A stretch of 64,000 nucleotides of DNA. Source: Candidatus Dormiibacterota bacterium (GTDB taxonomy: Bacteria > Chloroflexota > Dormibacteria > Aeolococcales > Aeolococcaceae). Made by a program: the position numbers and the translations under genes. The notes below the pieces were generated by a model. The model worked only from the letters and a program-made list of their open reading frames with translations. It had not been told where the DNA came from and did not search any database. The DNA lies in contig CAWBLV010000006.1 of assembly GCA_963789735.1 (NCBI GenBank), positions 640,938-704,937 of the forward strand, written 5' to 3'. Every line of letters begins with the position of its first letter. Within the stretch, counting starts at the first letter, position 1. Of the stretch, positions 45,250-56,771 are shown piece after piece.

Positions 45250-46587
45250 TGAACGTCCGCCGCGACCCCGGCGACCGTGCCGCCGGCAATCTCCGCGTCG
45301 AGCAACGCTCCGGCGAGCTCAGCGAACCCGCGATGTGGGACGCGGTCGAGGACATCGTCCATGAAGCCACGGACGATGAGCGAGCTGGCCTCCTCCGGCG
45401 GCACGCCGCGCGCCATCAGGTAGAAGCGCTGATCCGAGTCGATGTGACCCGCGGTCGCGCCGTGGCCGCACTTGACGTCGTTGGCCTGGATCTCCAGACG
45501 CGGAATCGAGTCCGCCTTTGCGCCCTGGCTCAAGAGGAGGTTGCGGTTGGCGACATAGGCGTCCGTGTGCACTGCTGTCGGCGCCACCTCGATCATGCCG
45601 CCGTATACCGACCGGGCGTGATCGCGGACGGCCACCTTGAGCAGCAGGTTGCTTCGAGTCTCGCGGCCACGGTGTGCCTGGAGCGACTGATGGTCGAAAT
45701 GCTGCGTGCCGTCGCCGAAGCAGATACCGAGCACGTCGGCCTCGCTGCCGACGCCGTCGAGCATCACCTCCCACCATGCTTTCTGCAGGCGGGCTCCGAG
45801 GGTGACGCCCATGAATCGCAGCTTGGCGTTGGCGTCGAGCACAGCGCGTTGCAGTGCGATATGCCAGACGCCCTCACCCCACTGCTGCACCGTGTCGTAG
45901 TCGAGACGGGCATCGCGCCCGGCGGAGAGAATCACCATCGCGTCACTGAGAAGCGCTGCAGGACCTGTGGGTGATGCGTACGCGTCGATGACCGTCAGCG
46001 CACTGCCTTCGTCGAGTACGACGACGGTGGACGGGAACACCGCGCGGTCGGTACCCGCCGCCGGATGGGCGATCCAGACGGGCACGAGTGCCTCAACACC
46101 ACGGGGGACGTAGACGAAAACGCCGCCCTGCCAGAGCGCATTCCAGAGCGCACCGAATTTCGAACTCGTCCACACGAACCGACGCGAACGCCCGCTGCAC
46201 GAGCTCGGGGTGGACGAGCGCCGCCTCTTCGAGCGTGGTGACGATGATTCCCTGGGCGAGCAGCGTGTCGGCCTCGATGGGATTCGCCACTGGAAAGTCG
46301 ATGATGAACGCGGCGGTGGGCGCCGCCCGGTCGCGCTGTGCGCGCATCGCGTCGACGACCGCGGTATCGACGCTGTCGATCGGCGTGAAACGTTCGGGAT
46401 GGAGCGCCGAGATGTCCGTGCGCCGCCAGTCCTCGTCACGTTGCGACGAAGGCATGGGAATCGCCTCGTAGGCGTCCCAGGCGATGCGACGGCGCGCCGC
46501 GAGCCATGCCGGCGACAACTCAGCTCGCGCTGCCGCGACCTCTTGCCCGAGCGCCGCTGCGGGCGAATCGGCCAGCGGGGTCGTCAC
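45246..46587 (-). pseudogene. sufD: Fe-S cluster assembly protein SufD, frame disrupted near 46161
   Basis: The N-terminus (MTTPLADS...VHPELVQRAFASVRVDEF) is in ORF 46093..46587. The remainder (KFGALWNALWQGGVFVYVP...) is in ORF 45246..46439. One extra nucleotide separates the two frames. Confidence 0.8.
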
Positions 46588-47984
46588 CCGATCGCGCCCT
46601 CCATGGAGAGGGCGAGCAGACGGTTGAGCTCGACCGCGTACTCCATCGGCAGCTCCTTGACGAAGGGCTCGAAGAATCCGTTGACGATGAGCGCCGTCGC
46701 GTCCTGCTCGGGAATGCCGCGCGAGGTCAGGTAGAAGATCTGATCCTCACCGACCTTGCTGACGCTCGCCTCATGTCCGATCGTGACGTCTGGATTGTCG
46801 ATGTCCATGTACGGGTACGTGTCGCTGCGCAACTCCTCGTCGAGGAGCAACGCGTCGCAACGGACGCTGACCTTGACGTTGTGTGCCTTGGGCAGCACCT
46901 TGATGTGACCGCGATACGACGTTCGTCCGCTGCCCTTGCTGATCGAGCGCGACACGATGTTGCTGGTGGTGTTCGGCGCCACGTGGATCGCCTTGCTGCC
47001 CGCGTCCTGATGCTGGCCGCTGCCGGCGAACGCGGCGCTCATGACCTCGGCGTGCGCACCCTCGCCCATCAGGTACACCGACGGATACTTCATGGTCACC
47101 TTGGAGCCGAGGTTGCCGTCGATCCACTCGACGGTCGCGTTCTCGTTGGCGATGGCCCGCTTGGTCACCAGGTTGTACACGTTGTCCGACCAGTTCTGAA
47201 TCGTGGTGTAGCGGATTTTCGCGCCCTTGTGCGCGACGAGTTCCACCACTGCGCTGTGCAGCGAGTCGCTCGAATAGTTCGGAGCGGTGCAGCCCTCGAT
47301 GTAGTGAACCGAGGAGCCCTCGTCCGCGATGATCAGCGTCCGCTCGAACTGGCCCATGTTGTCGCTGTTGATCCGGAAGTAGGCCTGCAGCGGAATGTCG
47401 ACCTTGACGCCCTTCGGGACGTAGACGAACGATCCGCCCGACCACACGGCGCTGTTGAGCGCGGCAAATTTATTGTCGTTCGGCGGAATGACGGTGCCGA
47501 AATACTTGCGGAACAGTTCTTCGTGCTCGCGCAACCCGGTGTCGCAGTCGCTGAAGAGCACGCCCTGCTTCTCGAGATCCTCGCGGATGCTGTGGTACAC
47601 GACCTCGGAGTCGTACTGCGCACTCACGCCGGCGAGGAATTTGCGTTCAGCCTGAGGAATGCCAAGACGGTCGAACGTCTGCTTGATGGAATCGGGCACG
47701 TCGTCCCACGACCGGCTCATCTCCTCGACGGGCTTGACGTAGTAGTAAATATTGTCGAAATCGAGGCCGGACAGATCCGCGCCCCACGTGGGCATCGGCC
47801 GTTTGCGGAAATGGTCGAGTGCCTTGAGGCGGAATTTCAGCATCCATTCCGGCTCGCCCTTGTGCTGCGAGATGGATGCGACAACCTCGGGCGACAATCC
47901 CTTCGCTGTGCGAAACACCGAGACGTCGACATCGGAGAAGCCGTACTGGTAGTCCTTGGTCAGCTCTTTCGCTTGAATCGCCAT
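46584..47984 (-). CDS. sufB: Fe-S cluster assembly protein SufB
   Basis: The sequence [16 protein letters not shown]..., ...[20 protein letters not shown]..., ...[21 protein letters not shown] is typical of SufB. About 466 aa. Confidence 0.95.
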   Translation of the reverse strand: MAIQAKELTKDYQYGFSDVDVSVFRTAKGLSPEVVASISQHKGEPEWMLKFRLKALDHFRKRPMPTWGADLSGLDFDNIYYYVKPVEEMSRSWDDVPDSIKQTFDRLGIPQAERKFLAGVSAQYDSEVVYHSIREDLEKQGVLFSDCDTGLREHEELFRKYFGTVIPPNDNKFAALNSAVWSGGSFVYVPKGVKVDIPLQAYFRINSDNMGQFERTLIIADEGSSVHYIEGCTAPNYSSDSLHSAVVELVAHKGAKIRYTTIQNWSDNVYNLVTKRAIANENATVEWIDGNLGSKVTMKYPSVYLMGEGAHAEVMSAAFAGSGQHQDAGSKAIHVAPNTTSNIVSRSISKGSGRTSYRGHIKVLPKAHNVKVSVRCDALLLDEELRSDTYPYMDIDNPDVTIGHEASVSKVGEDQIFYLTSRGIPEQDATALIVNGFFEPFVKELPMEYAVELNRLLALSMEGAIG

Positions 47985-47994
47985 CGCGAATCTC

Positions 47995-48753
47995 CTACGC
48001 GGTGGCGGCCACGGCCGTCCCGAGAATTGGTTCGTAGCCCTCGCGCTCGATCTGTCGCGCAAGGTCCGCCCCGCCGGAGGTGACCACGCGCCCGTCGTGA
48101 AGGACATGCACGCGATCCGGGTGTAGGTGTTCGAGGATGCGCGGGTAGTGGGTGATCACAAGGACACCCATGTCCGGCCCGCAGAGGCGCATGACGCCGT
48201 CGGCGACAGTGCGCAGCGCGTCAACGTCGAGGCCGGAGTCGGTCTCGTCGAGAATCGCGAGCTTGGGACGCAGCATGGCGAGCTGCAGGATTTCCATGCG
48301 CTTCTTCTCACCGCCGGAGAATCCGTCGTTGATGTAGCGGGAGCGGAAGCTCTCGTCGATCTTCAGCTCCTGCATCTCCGTGCTGAGGCGGTTCAGGAAC
48401 TCGCGCGCGGGCATCTCCTTCCCCTGGGCGCGCAGCGCCGCGCGAAGGAAGTTCACCGTGCTCACACCGGGAATCGCGGTCGGGTACTGGAAGCAGAGGA
48501 ACAGGCCCAGCCGTGCGCGAGCGTCGGCGCTGAGCGGGAGCAGATCCTCGCCACCGAACGTCACCGAGCCACCGGTCACGACGTACTTGGGATGACCCAT
48601 GAGCGTGTACGCAAGGGTGCTTTTGCCCGAGCCGTTCGGCCCCATCAGCGCATGGATCTCGCCCTGCGCAACCTCGAGGTCGACCCCTTTGAGGATCTCC
48701 TTGCCCTCGACTGTCGCGTGGAGGCCGGAGATCGAGAGGACCGCTTTGCTCAT
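47995..48753 (-). CDS. sufC: Fe-S cluster assembly ATPase SufC
   Basis: Walker [14 protein letters not shown] signature FSGGEKKR, Walker [11 protein letters not shown]. The ATG at 48753 overlaps the Rrf2 gene stop. Confidence 0.95.
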   Translation of the reverse strand: MSKAVLSISGLHATVEGKEILKGVDLEVAQGEIHALMGPNGSGKSTLAYTLMGHPKYVVTGGSVTFGGEDLLPLSADARARLGLFLCFQYPTAIPGVSTVNFLRAALRAQGKEMPAREFLNRLSTEMQELKIDESFRSRYINDGFSGGEKKRMEILQLAMLRPKLAILDETDSGLDVDALRTVADGVMRLCGPDMGVLVITHYPRILEHLHPDRVHVLHDGRVVTSGGADLARQIEREGYEPILGTAVAATA

Positions 48754-49205
48754 CGTGCCGGCTCTGGGGCCGGTGCCATCGAGTCGATCAGCGACTGATC
48801 GGCCACGAGCTCGGCGAGCGTTGTCTGGCTGAGCACCGCGTCGATGCTCTGCTTGAGGCGCATCCACAGCCCGCGCGACGCGCACTCGCCCTCGCGCTGG
48901 CATGTGCCGCTGACGTAGCTGTGGGAGACGCATTCCACTGGGGAGACCTCGCCCTCGATCACCGTGACGACGTCGAGCACGCTGATCTGCTCGGCCGGCC
49001 GGGTGAGCGCATATCCGCCGTGCACGCCGCGTGTGCTCTCGACGAGCCCACCGCGGCGCAGCTGCGAGGCGAGTTGCTCGAGATACGCGAGCGGCAGGTG
49101 CTCGACGCGAGCCACCTCGGCAATACTCAAAGGACCGGCGCCATACGCCTTGGCGAACTCGGTCATCATGCGAAGGCCGTAGTGAGCCTTTGAACTCACC
49201 CGCAT
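48750..49205 (-). CDS. Rrf2-family transcriptional regulator with three-Cys cluster motif
   Basis: MRVSSKAHYGLRMM......LSIAEVA....LPLAYLEQLASQLRRGGLVESTRGVHGGY, plus C-x9-C-x5-C (CVSHSYVSGTCQREGEC). Confidence 0.85.
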   Translation of the reverse strand: MRVSSKAHYGLRMMTEFAKAYGAGPLSIAEVARVEHLPLAYLEQLASQLRRGGLVESTRGVHGGYALTRPAEQISVLDVVTVIEGEVSPVECVSHSYVSGTCQREGECASRGLWMRLKQSIDAVLSQTTLAELVADQSLIDSMAPAPEPAR

Positions 49206-49368
49206 CGAAAACGAAGCTGCGGCTGGGGCGCTGGGATCGGATGTGTGCCGGTGCGAGGCGCCTCGCGCCGGGCTCGAGAGAATCCCGACTGTCATGGTCA
49301 GAATTATACCCGACCCGCCCCTTCGTCCGAGAAGGATCCGGCCATCGCTGCGATATTCTCGCCGGGCG

Positions 49369-49875
49369 GTGAAGCCACTCCCCCACGCTCGTTTGCCGAT
49401 CCTGCTGGCAACTGCGGCTGCCCTGATCGCAGCCTGCGGCGGATCGTCGAGCCCCAACACGACGACGCCCACGCCGCTGACGGTTGCCCAGATCCAGGCC
49501 CGCTACACGGCGGCCGCGACCCACTACAACACGGGCGAGGAGCAGATCGCCACGACCGAGAACGGCGTCTGTGACGCGGGCAGCACGACCGTGTCACTCA
49601 CCGCGTGCCAGACGGCGCTGAGCAGTCAGCGGCAGCTGACGATCGCCTATGACAACTCGCTGCGGGCGATCCCCTTCAGCGGCGACGCCGCTACCGAGTC
49701 AGCCCGGCTGCTCGGAGACGACGCCGCCATCGAGAAGCTGCTCGAACAGGCCGCCACCGCCCCGGCGATCACCGTCATCGCGACGCTTCAGGCGCAGATC
49801 ATCCCGCTTCTCGCCACGGCCGCCACGGACGCCACTGCGTTGCGAAGCGCGATCGGACTGTCTGCTCCTGCGTGA
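49369..49875 (+). CDS. hypothetical lipoprotein
   Basis: Signal peptide with lipobox LIAACGG. The start is uncertain (GTG at 49369 or ATG at 49294). Confidence 0.5.
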   Translation: MKPLPHARLPILLATAAALIAACGGSSSPNTTTPTPLTVAQIQARYTAAATHYNTGEEQIATTENGVCDAGSTTVSLTACQTALSSQRQLTIAYDNSLRAIPFSGDAATESARLLGDDAAIEKLLEQAATAPAITVIATLQAQIIPLLATAATDATALRSAIGLSAPA

Positions 49876-50348
49876 CCACGCTCTTCCTGACATGCGGCCT
49901 GCAGGGGTCGGGGAAGACCACTCTCGCCAAGCGTCTGGAAGTCGAGCATTCGGCACTTCGGCTGACTGCAGACGAGTGGCTTCATGAGCTCCATCCGGAT
50001 GTGTCCGGCGTCGAACTGGACATGCTTCGGGATCCTGTCGAGCGAGTCCAGTGGAGCGTTGCCGCTCGCGCGCTCGGACTGGGCTGCAACGTGATTCTCG
50101 ATTGGGGTCTCTGGACTCGCGAAGAGCGCGACCGCTACAGGCTCGCTGGTCGCGACCTCGGAGTCCGAGTGGTCCTGTGCCTCGTAGAGGCGACGCGGGA
50201 GGAATTGTTCGAACGCCTCTCGCAACGAAATGCAGATGCTCCTCACGGAACCTTTCACATCAGCGAAGCGCGTCTCGACCAGTCGATCGCGTTGTTCGAA
50301 CGGCCGACGCAGGATGAAGTAGCCCTCTTCGACGACGAGAGCTTGTGA
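49872..50348 (+). CDS. P-loop kinase-like ATP-binding protein (AAA_33-like)
   Basis: Walker A at the N-terminus (LTCGLQGSGKTTLA). 158 aa. The start overlaps the upstream stop. Confidence 0.6.
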   Translation: MTTLFLTCGLQGSGKTTLAKRLEVEHSALRLTADEWLHELHPDVSGVELDMLRDPVERVQWSVAARALGLGCNVILDWGLWTREERDRYRLAGRDLGVRVVLCLVEATREELFERLSQRNADAPHGTFHISEARLDQSIALFERPTQDEVALFDDESL

Positions 50349-50352
50349 TCGG

Positions 50353-51535
50353 TCAGCTGCCCGCGACAGCCGCTTCGGCACGCGCTCGTACTCTCGCGAT
50401 CGCGCTGGCGATGATCGACGCTGCGGACTCCACGTCCTGAGTAGTCGTGGATCGACCCGTCGTACAGCGCAGCGCTCCGGCGGCGAGCTCGTCCGAATAG
50501 CCCATCGCCCGCAGCACGTGGGACGGCAGCGGTGCGCCGCTCGCGCAGGCGGAGCCGGCTGAGGCCTCAACGCCGTCCATGTCGAGTGCCGCGAGCAGCA
50601 CGTCGCTCCGAACGCCCGGAAGCGCAAAGGTCGCGAATCCCGGAGCCTTCACGGAATCCGCGGCCGTGACGATCGCGTCCGGGACCTGCTCGCGGACACC
50701 GGCGATGAGCCGACTACACAACGCAACCTGGCGCGCCCCTTCATCCGCGCGCATACGATCTGCGAGCTCCGCGGCTGCCGCGAAGCCCACTATCCCCGCG
50801 ACGTTCTCGGTTGCGCTGCGGCGGTTGCGTTCCTGGCCGCCACCGGTGTTCTGAGCAGCGAGCACGACCCCGTGACGGATCCAGAGCGCGCCGACGCCTT
50901 TGGGTCCGTACAACTTGTGCGCGGAGACGGACACGCAGGTCGACACCGAGCTCCGCCGGATGGAACGGGATCCGGCCGAATGCCTGCACGGCATCCGTGT
51001 GAACGAGCGTCCTCGGGTTGTGACGACGTACAGCGTCCGCGATCGCGGCGATGTCCTGGATCGCGCCCGTCTCGTTGTTGACGAACATGACTGAAACGAG
51101 CACCGTCTCGGGCGTGACCGATTCGGCCACGGCCTCCGGGTCGACACGACACTCACGGTCGCATCCAACGATCGTGACCGTTGCCATCCCAGTCTCCTCG
51201 AGGTGCCGCGCCGTCTCGAGGACGGCGTCATGTTCGATCGCGCTGATCACGATATGACGGCCGCGCTCGGCGCCCCAGCGCTCGAGCACGCCGCGCACGG
51301 CCAGGTTGTCGGCTTCGGTGCCGGAGCCGGTGAAGACGATCTCACGTTGCGCGCAGGCGAGCACCGCGGCGATGCGATCCCGTGACTGGTCCACGGCCGC
51401 GCGCGCAGCGCGGCCGGACTCATGCACCGACGACGGATTGCCCTGCGTTACCGTCAAGTACGGCAGCATCTCGTCAAGCACCTCGGGGGCCAGCGGCGTC
51501 GTTGCCGCATGGTCGAGATGGATGCGGGCAATCAC
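50353..51535 (-). pseudogene. NifS/IscS-like class V cysteine desulfurase, frame disrupted near 50935
   Basis: The N-terminal part (IHLDHAATTP...VFTGSGTEADN...HTDAVQAFG...ELGVDL) is in ORF 50741..51535. The continuation (VSVSAHKLYGPKGVGALW...SAGSAC) is in ORF 50353..51231. Confidence 0.8.
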
Positions 51536-52605
51536 GGATGCGCGGGCGCCGCCGCGACGGCCGACCGGACACGCGCGATCACGGAGTCGGTGAAGCCGGT
51601 GGTCGAAGCCTGGCCACCGAGGTCCGACGTGGCGATACCGGCGCGCAGCGCGTCGAACACCGCGTCACGGATCACTGCCGACGCACGCCTGCAACGATCG
51701 TCGGACGCGAACCCGAGGAGTGCCGACGCCGCGAGGATCATCGCCATCGGGTTGGCGACGTTCTTGCCCTCGAGGCTCGGCGCAGTGCCGTGCGGCGCCT
51801 CGGCCATCACCACCGAAGGGACGAGCGGGTCGTCGCCGAAACCAAGCAACAGTGACTCGGCTCCGGCGATGCTCCCGAAGAGCGGCAGCACCAGGTCGCT
51901 CAGGCAATCGCCGTCGCGGTTGAGGGCGGGGATGACCAGCGCATCGCCCGCGCGGCTGAAGAGCAACGCATAGGTGGCATCGATCAGCTGCGGCTCGTAA
52001 TCCACCTCGGGATGACGTCCTGCGGCGGCGTCGAGCTCTTCCTTGAACATGCCTTCGTAGATCCGCGACACGGTGAACTTGGGGCCACCGAACACCCGGG
52101 CATGCGTACGCGCTGCATGGACGAACGCGAACTCCGCAACCGCCCGGCACGTCGCGCGCGAGATGTGCTCGGTGCGGAAGGCGATCTCGTCGCCGTCTTG
52201 ATCCTCTCGCCATTCTTTCGCGTTGTAGGCGTCGTCCACCGCCATTCGCACGATGCTGATCGGCGCGCTGACCCCCGCGATGCCGGCGACGCCTGGAATC
52301 CGCTGCCCGGTGCGCAGGATCACTCGTCCACCGACACGCTCGCGGAGCAGTGCATTGGGGCTCCCGACATCGGTGCGATCGGTTGGCGTCACCGTGGCCG
52401 CCTTGAGCCCGAAGCCCGCCTCGCGCATCGCATCCGCGGCCTCGCCGACCACAGCGTTCGCGGTCTCGCGCCGATGCGCAAGTGACAGATCAAACGTCTG
52501 CAACTCGAGTTCCACGTCGATGACGTCCGGGTGGATCACTCGGAGCGCTTCGTCGAGGAGTTCCTGGCCGGTCTGGTCGCCACGGAGAACGACGATGGTG
52601 GTCAC
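51532..52605 (-). CDS. isocitrate/isopropylmalate dehydrogenase family protein
   Basis: Motifs IVVLRGDQTGQE, NRDGDCLSDL, and EAPHGTAPSLEGKNVANPMAMILA. GTG at 52605 chosen. Confidence 0.8.
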   Translation of the reverse strand: MTTIVVLRGDQTGQELLDEALRVIHPDVIDVELELQTFDLSLAHRRETANAVVGEAADAMREAGFGLKAATVTPTDRTDVGSPNALLRERVGGRVILRTGQRIPGVAGIAGVSAPISIVRMAVDDAYNAKEWREDQDGDEIAFRTEHISRATCRAVAEFAFVHAARTHARVFGGPKFTVSRIYEGMFKEELDAAAGRHPEVDYEPQLIDATYALLFSRAGDALVIPALNRDGDCLSDLVLPLFGSIAGAESLLLGFGDDPLVPSVVMAEAPHGTAPSLEGKNVANPMAMILAASALLGFASDDRCRRASAVIRDAVFDALRAGIATSDLGGQASTTGFTDSVIARVRSAVAAAPAHP

Positions 52606-52667
52606 GGGCAAAGCGTACGTCGCCACCTGGACGCGGCGACCGGTCCCCGCGATGCCATCATCGCCGC

Positions 52668-53213
52668 GTGGCGAACTCGGTGACCGCGCGAGACGAGGAA
52701 CAGCAGGAGCAGCGCCGGCCGGGCGCAGTCCTCTACGTCTACACATGGGACCTGGCGCTCGCGATCCTCGCGCTCTTCGTGACGCTGGCGCCGTTCGCCG
52801 GCGCGGTGCAGAGCAGCTCCGGCGCAAAGGCCCTGCCGTTCTCGGCGCAGATCGTCGAGGCGGTGGCGTATGCCGCGTTTGCGGCGACACTGATCATCCT
52901 CGCGTCTCTGCTGACGCGCCGTCACGCCTGGATTCGCACGGTGCAGATCGGCACCTTCGTCACGCAGATTGCGCTGGCGGCCGTTTCCGAGGTGGTGCTG
53001 GCCGTCTCGGGCAACAGCGCAGGCTTGCCCGGGTTGCTCGGCACGCTCATCCTCGCGCTCCTCGACGTGCTGGCGATCGCGATCATGACCGACCGTCGCG
53101 TGGTGAGCTGGTACGACAAGCCGTCGGCGGTTCCCGTCTACGTCTGGGCAACGCTCGGGATCTGGGTCGCCGGGAGCAGCGTCAACATCGTGCTCGACGC
53201 GGTCTTCCACTGA
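52668..53213 (+). CDS. hypothetical integral membrane protein
   Basis: Four to five hydrophobic helices. No family recognised. Confidence 0.55.
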   Translation: MANSVTARDEEQQEQRRPGAVLYVYTWDLALAILALFVTLAPFAGAVQSSSGAKALPFSAQIVEAVAYAAFAATLIILASLLTRRHAWIRTVQIGTFVTQIALAAVSEVVLAVSGNSAGLPGLLGTLILALLDVLAIAIMTDRRVVSWYDKPSAVPVYVWATLGIWVAGSSVNIVLDAVFH

Positions 53214-53234
53214 CCGCGACCTGCCCGCGCAGCG

Positions 53235-53612
53235 TCAGATGTAGGTCAGCAGGTCCTCGACGATCTCCACCAGCTCGTCGTGGCGCACCGGCTTCATCAT
53301 CACCGCGGCGGCGCCGAGTTGCTGAGCGCGCTCGCGGGCGCCGACGTCGCCGGCGGCTGTGAGGATCACGACCCCGGCGCGAGGATGCTCCGGCGCGAAG
53401 CGGATCGCCTGAAAGAGCTCGAGGCCGTCCGTGTCCAGGGTCGCATCGAGGATGAGCACGTCCGGCTCGAATGTCGGAAGCTCCGCTCGCACTTCGCGAA
53501 CCGCTTTCGACCAGTGCACGTCGTGACCGAGCACGGTGAATCGATTGATGATCTGCTGTGCTACGGCGGCCTCATCCTCGGCGACCAGGATGCGGGCGCG
53601 GGCTGTCGGCAT
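53235..53612 (-). CDS. single-domain (CheY-like) response regulator
   Basis: Receiver residues are present (ILVAEDE, VLILDATL, ILTAAG, MMKP). No output domain. Confidence 0.8.
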   Translation of the reverse strand: MPTARARILVAEDEAAVAQQIINRFTVLGHDVHWSKAVREVRAELPTFEPDVLILDATLDTDGLELFQAIRFAPEHPRAGVVILTAAGDVGARERAQQLGAAAVMMKPVRHDELVEIVEDLLTYI

Positions 53613-53692
53613 CGCCGCGCATCGTAGGGAAATGACGTGTCCGTGTGCCCGCCCTCGTCGCCTCAGTGCGGCCGCGTACACTGGCGCCGGCG

Positions 53693-54334
53693 ATGCCGTT
53701 GCCACCTCACGTCCTGCTCGGCACTGAACGTTCCCGTCGCGGACGTTTCGACGGAAACCGTTTCACTCGCTGGCTCCACCGTCCGGAACGCCGGCCGGCC
53801 GCCGCGAAAGCGGCAACCCCTGCTACGGCACCTGCTACAGCCGCCCCTGCCGAAACGAAGGTCGACGCAGGGACCCGAGCGTTCTGGGCCGGGAGCGAGA
53901 CCGCGAATGTCACCTCGCGAAGGGCCGCTGCACTCGTCGAGGCGCACGAGCGCGGACGCGCGCCGGCGGGTTCGCGGCCGCCGGGGAACCCGGCATTCAG
54001 CGAGGCGCTCTTCGTGGAACTGATGCGGGCGAACCAGTATCGGCGCGCTTTCTCGCTGCTCAGCGAGGACTGCCAGCTCAGCTGGGGCTCACCTGAAGCG
54101 TTCGCCGAGGCGCAGGGAGCGTCCGCGATGCGCCGCCTTCGCGGCGTGAGCGTCAAGGAGGTCCGTTATCTTCCCGAGTGGACCGAGACGTCGCGAGGCC
54201 GGACCTATCGCGACGTCGCGGAGCTCGATGTGGAATATGAAGTCGGCGATCCCGAGCCGATCGCGCGGATCCGCCGGGTGGTGCATCTCGTGCCCGGTGG
54301 CGGCCGCTGGCGCTCGATTTGCTACCCCATGTAA
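53693..54334 (+). CDS. hypothetical protein
   Basis: Coding-like C-terminal half. The N-terminal region is low-complexity and Ala/Pro-rich. The start is uncertain (53645 or 53693). Confidence 0.4.
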   Translation: MPLPPHVLLGTERSRRGRFDGNRFTRWLHRPERRPAAAKAATPATAPATAAPAETKVDAGTRAFWAGSETANVTSRRAAALVEAHERGRAPAGSRPPGNPAFSEALFVELMRANQYRRAFSLLSEDCQLSWGSPEAFAEAQGASAMRRLRGVSVKEVRYLPEWTETSRGRTYRDVAELDVEYEVGDPEPIARIRRVVHLVPGGGRWRSICYPM

Positions 54335-54385
54335 CAGCGAGTTACCAAGGGCCGCACTCCTAGCCGCGCGTGGGACAATCCGTCG

Positions 54386-54790
54386 GTGCACGCTGCAGCC
54401 ACTCGCTCCCATGCCGGTCCCCTGGAGCGGACGTGTCTGGAAATCGCTCGCGTTGAGCGAGAGGCTGCCTTTCGTCGCGAGAGGATCTCGCGCACCCGTC
54501 TCCGGGTTCGCGAAGCTGATGTGCTCATCGACCTCATCGAGGAATGCCGGCTTCGGTCTTTCCGCCTGATCCCGGCGCCGCTCTGGAGTGCGGTGGTCCG
54601 CGCAGTCGGCGCGGTGGATCCCGGTCTGCGCGATCGGCTCGGCATCGACCGCGAGCCGGACCACGTCGCCGACGTCCTTTTCGAAGCGCAGGAAGTGCTG
54701 CTGATGCGCGCGTTGGAATCGCGCCGCCCGAGGCTCGCTCCGATCATCCCGCTCTTCGGGGATCGGAACCGAACCGTCGCCGCGGGCTGA
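54386..54790 (+). CDS. hypothetical protein
   Basis: This is the most protein-like of the overlapping frames in this stretch. No motif recognised. Confidence 0.35.
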   Translation: MHAAATRSHAGPLERTCLEIARVEREAAFRRERISRTRLRVREADVLIDLIEECRLRSFRLIPAPLWSAVVRAVGAVDPGLRDRLGIDREPDHVADVLFEAQEVLLMRALESRRPRLAPIIPLFGDRNRTVAAG

Positions 54791-54802
54791 CGAACCCACG
54801 AC

Positions 54803-55660
54803 GTGACCTGGGAGGTCGCGGTCGCCGGCACCTTCCACAACGACGACCTGACCACTCCGGAAGGCCGGCGGGACGCTCTCGGTGGGTCAGCCGTGTACTT
54901 CCCGCTTGCCGCGTCTCGCTACGTGCCGGTCCATGTCAACGGCATCGTCGGCTCCGATACCGCGGCTGCGTTTCGCCGGATCCTGGCCCATCCCGGCATC
55001 GATCTCGATGGCATGGTCATCAGCAACTCGCCGACGTTTCGCTGGCACGCGGTCCACGACTTCGAGCGCTGGGTAACGTCCGACGAGTCGTCCGAGCCGG
55101 GGTGCGACCCGGAGTGGGTGCCCGTGCTGACCGAGCGCTCCCGCCGATCCGAGGTGTTCTTTGTCGCAAGCATGGATCCGACACTGCAGCGAGCCGTGCT
55201 CGAGCAGTCCGCAGCCTCGCTGATCGGCGCTGATTCGATGACCGAGTTCATCGAGACCCGCCGTGACGACGTGCGGTGGCTGATAGAGCGCGTCGACGTC
55301 CTCTTCCTCACGGCATCCGAGCTCGCGGCGCTCACCGGGGACGACGACTGGCAGGTTTCCGCCTCCGGCCTGTGCGGCACGGGCCGTCTGAGAGCTGTCG
55401 TCGTGAAGCACGGCCCGCGCGGAGCGGCCTGCGTGACCGCCGCCCACGTCGTCGAACTGCCGGCTGCCCCGGTTGCCAGGGTCATGGACCCGACCGGCGC
55501 CGGCGATGCGCTTGCAGGGGGCTTCCTCGGGTTCGTCGCGAAGGCCGAGCGCAGCGACGACGCCACGTTCGCTGCGGCGCTCGGGGAGGGGATCCGCTGC
55601 GCCGCCGAGGCGATCGTCGACTTCGGCACCGGTGGGCTGACCGGGACGCTCGCCGTATGA
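54803..55660 (+). CDS. PfkB-family carbohydrate kinase
   Basis: GGSAVY near the N-terminus and the C-terminal motif DPTGAGDALAGGFLG. Confidence 0.8.
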   Translation: MTWEVAVAGTFHNDDLTTPEGRRDALGGSAVYFPLAASRYVPVHVNGIVGSDTAAAFRRILAHPGIDLDGMVISNSPTFRWHAVHDFERWVTSDESSEPGCDPEWVPVLTERSRRSEVFFVASMDPTLQRAVLEQSAASLIGADSMTEFIETRRDDVRWLIERVDVLFLTASELAALTGDDDWQVSASGLCGTGRLRAVVVKHGPRGAACVTAAHVVELPAAPVARVMDPTGAGDALAGGFLGFVAKAERSDDATFAAALGEGIRCAAEAIVDFGTGGLTGTLAV

Positions 55661-55670
55661 TCGCGGGCGA

Positions 55671-56711
<1,041 letters not shown>

Positions 56712-56771
56712 TCCGCGAATCGGCGCTTTCGCTGGCACGTTACGACCGAAGTGCCAGAATCGAGACGCGGT

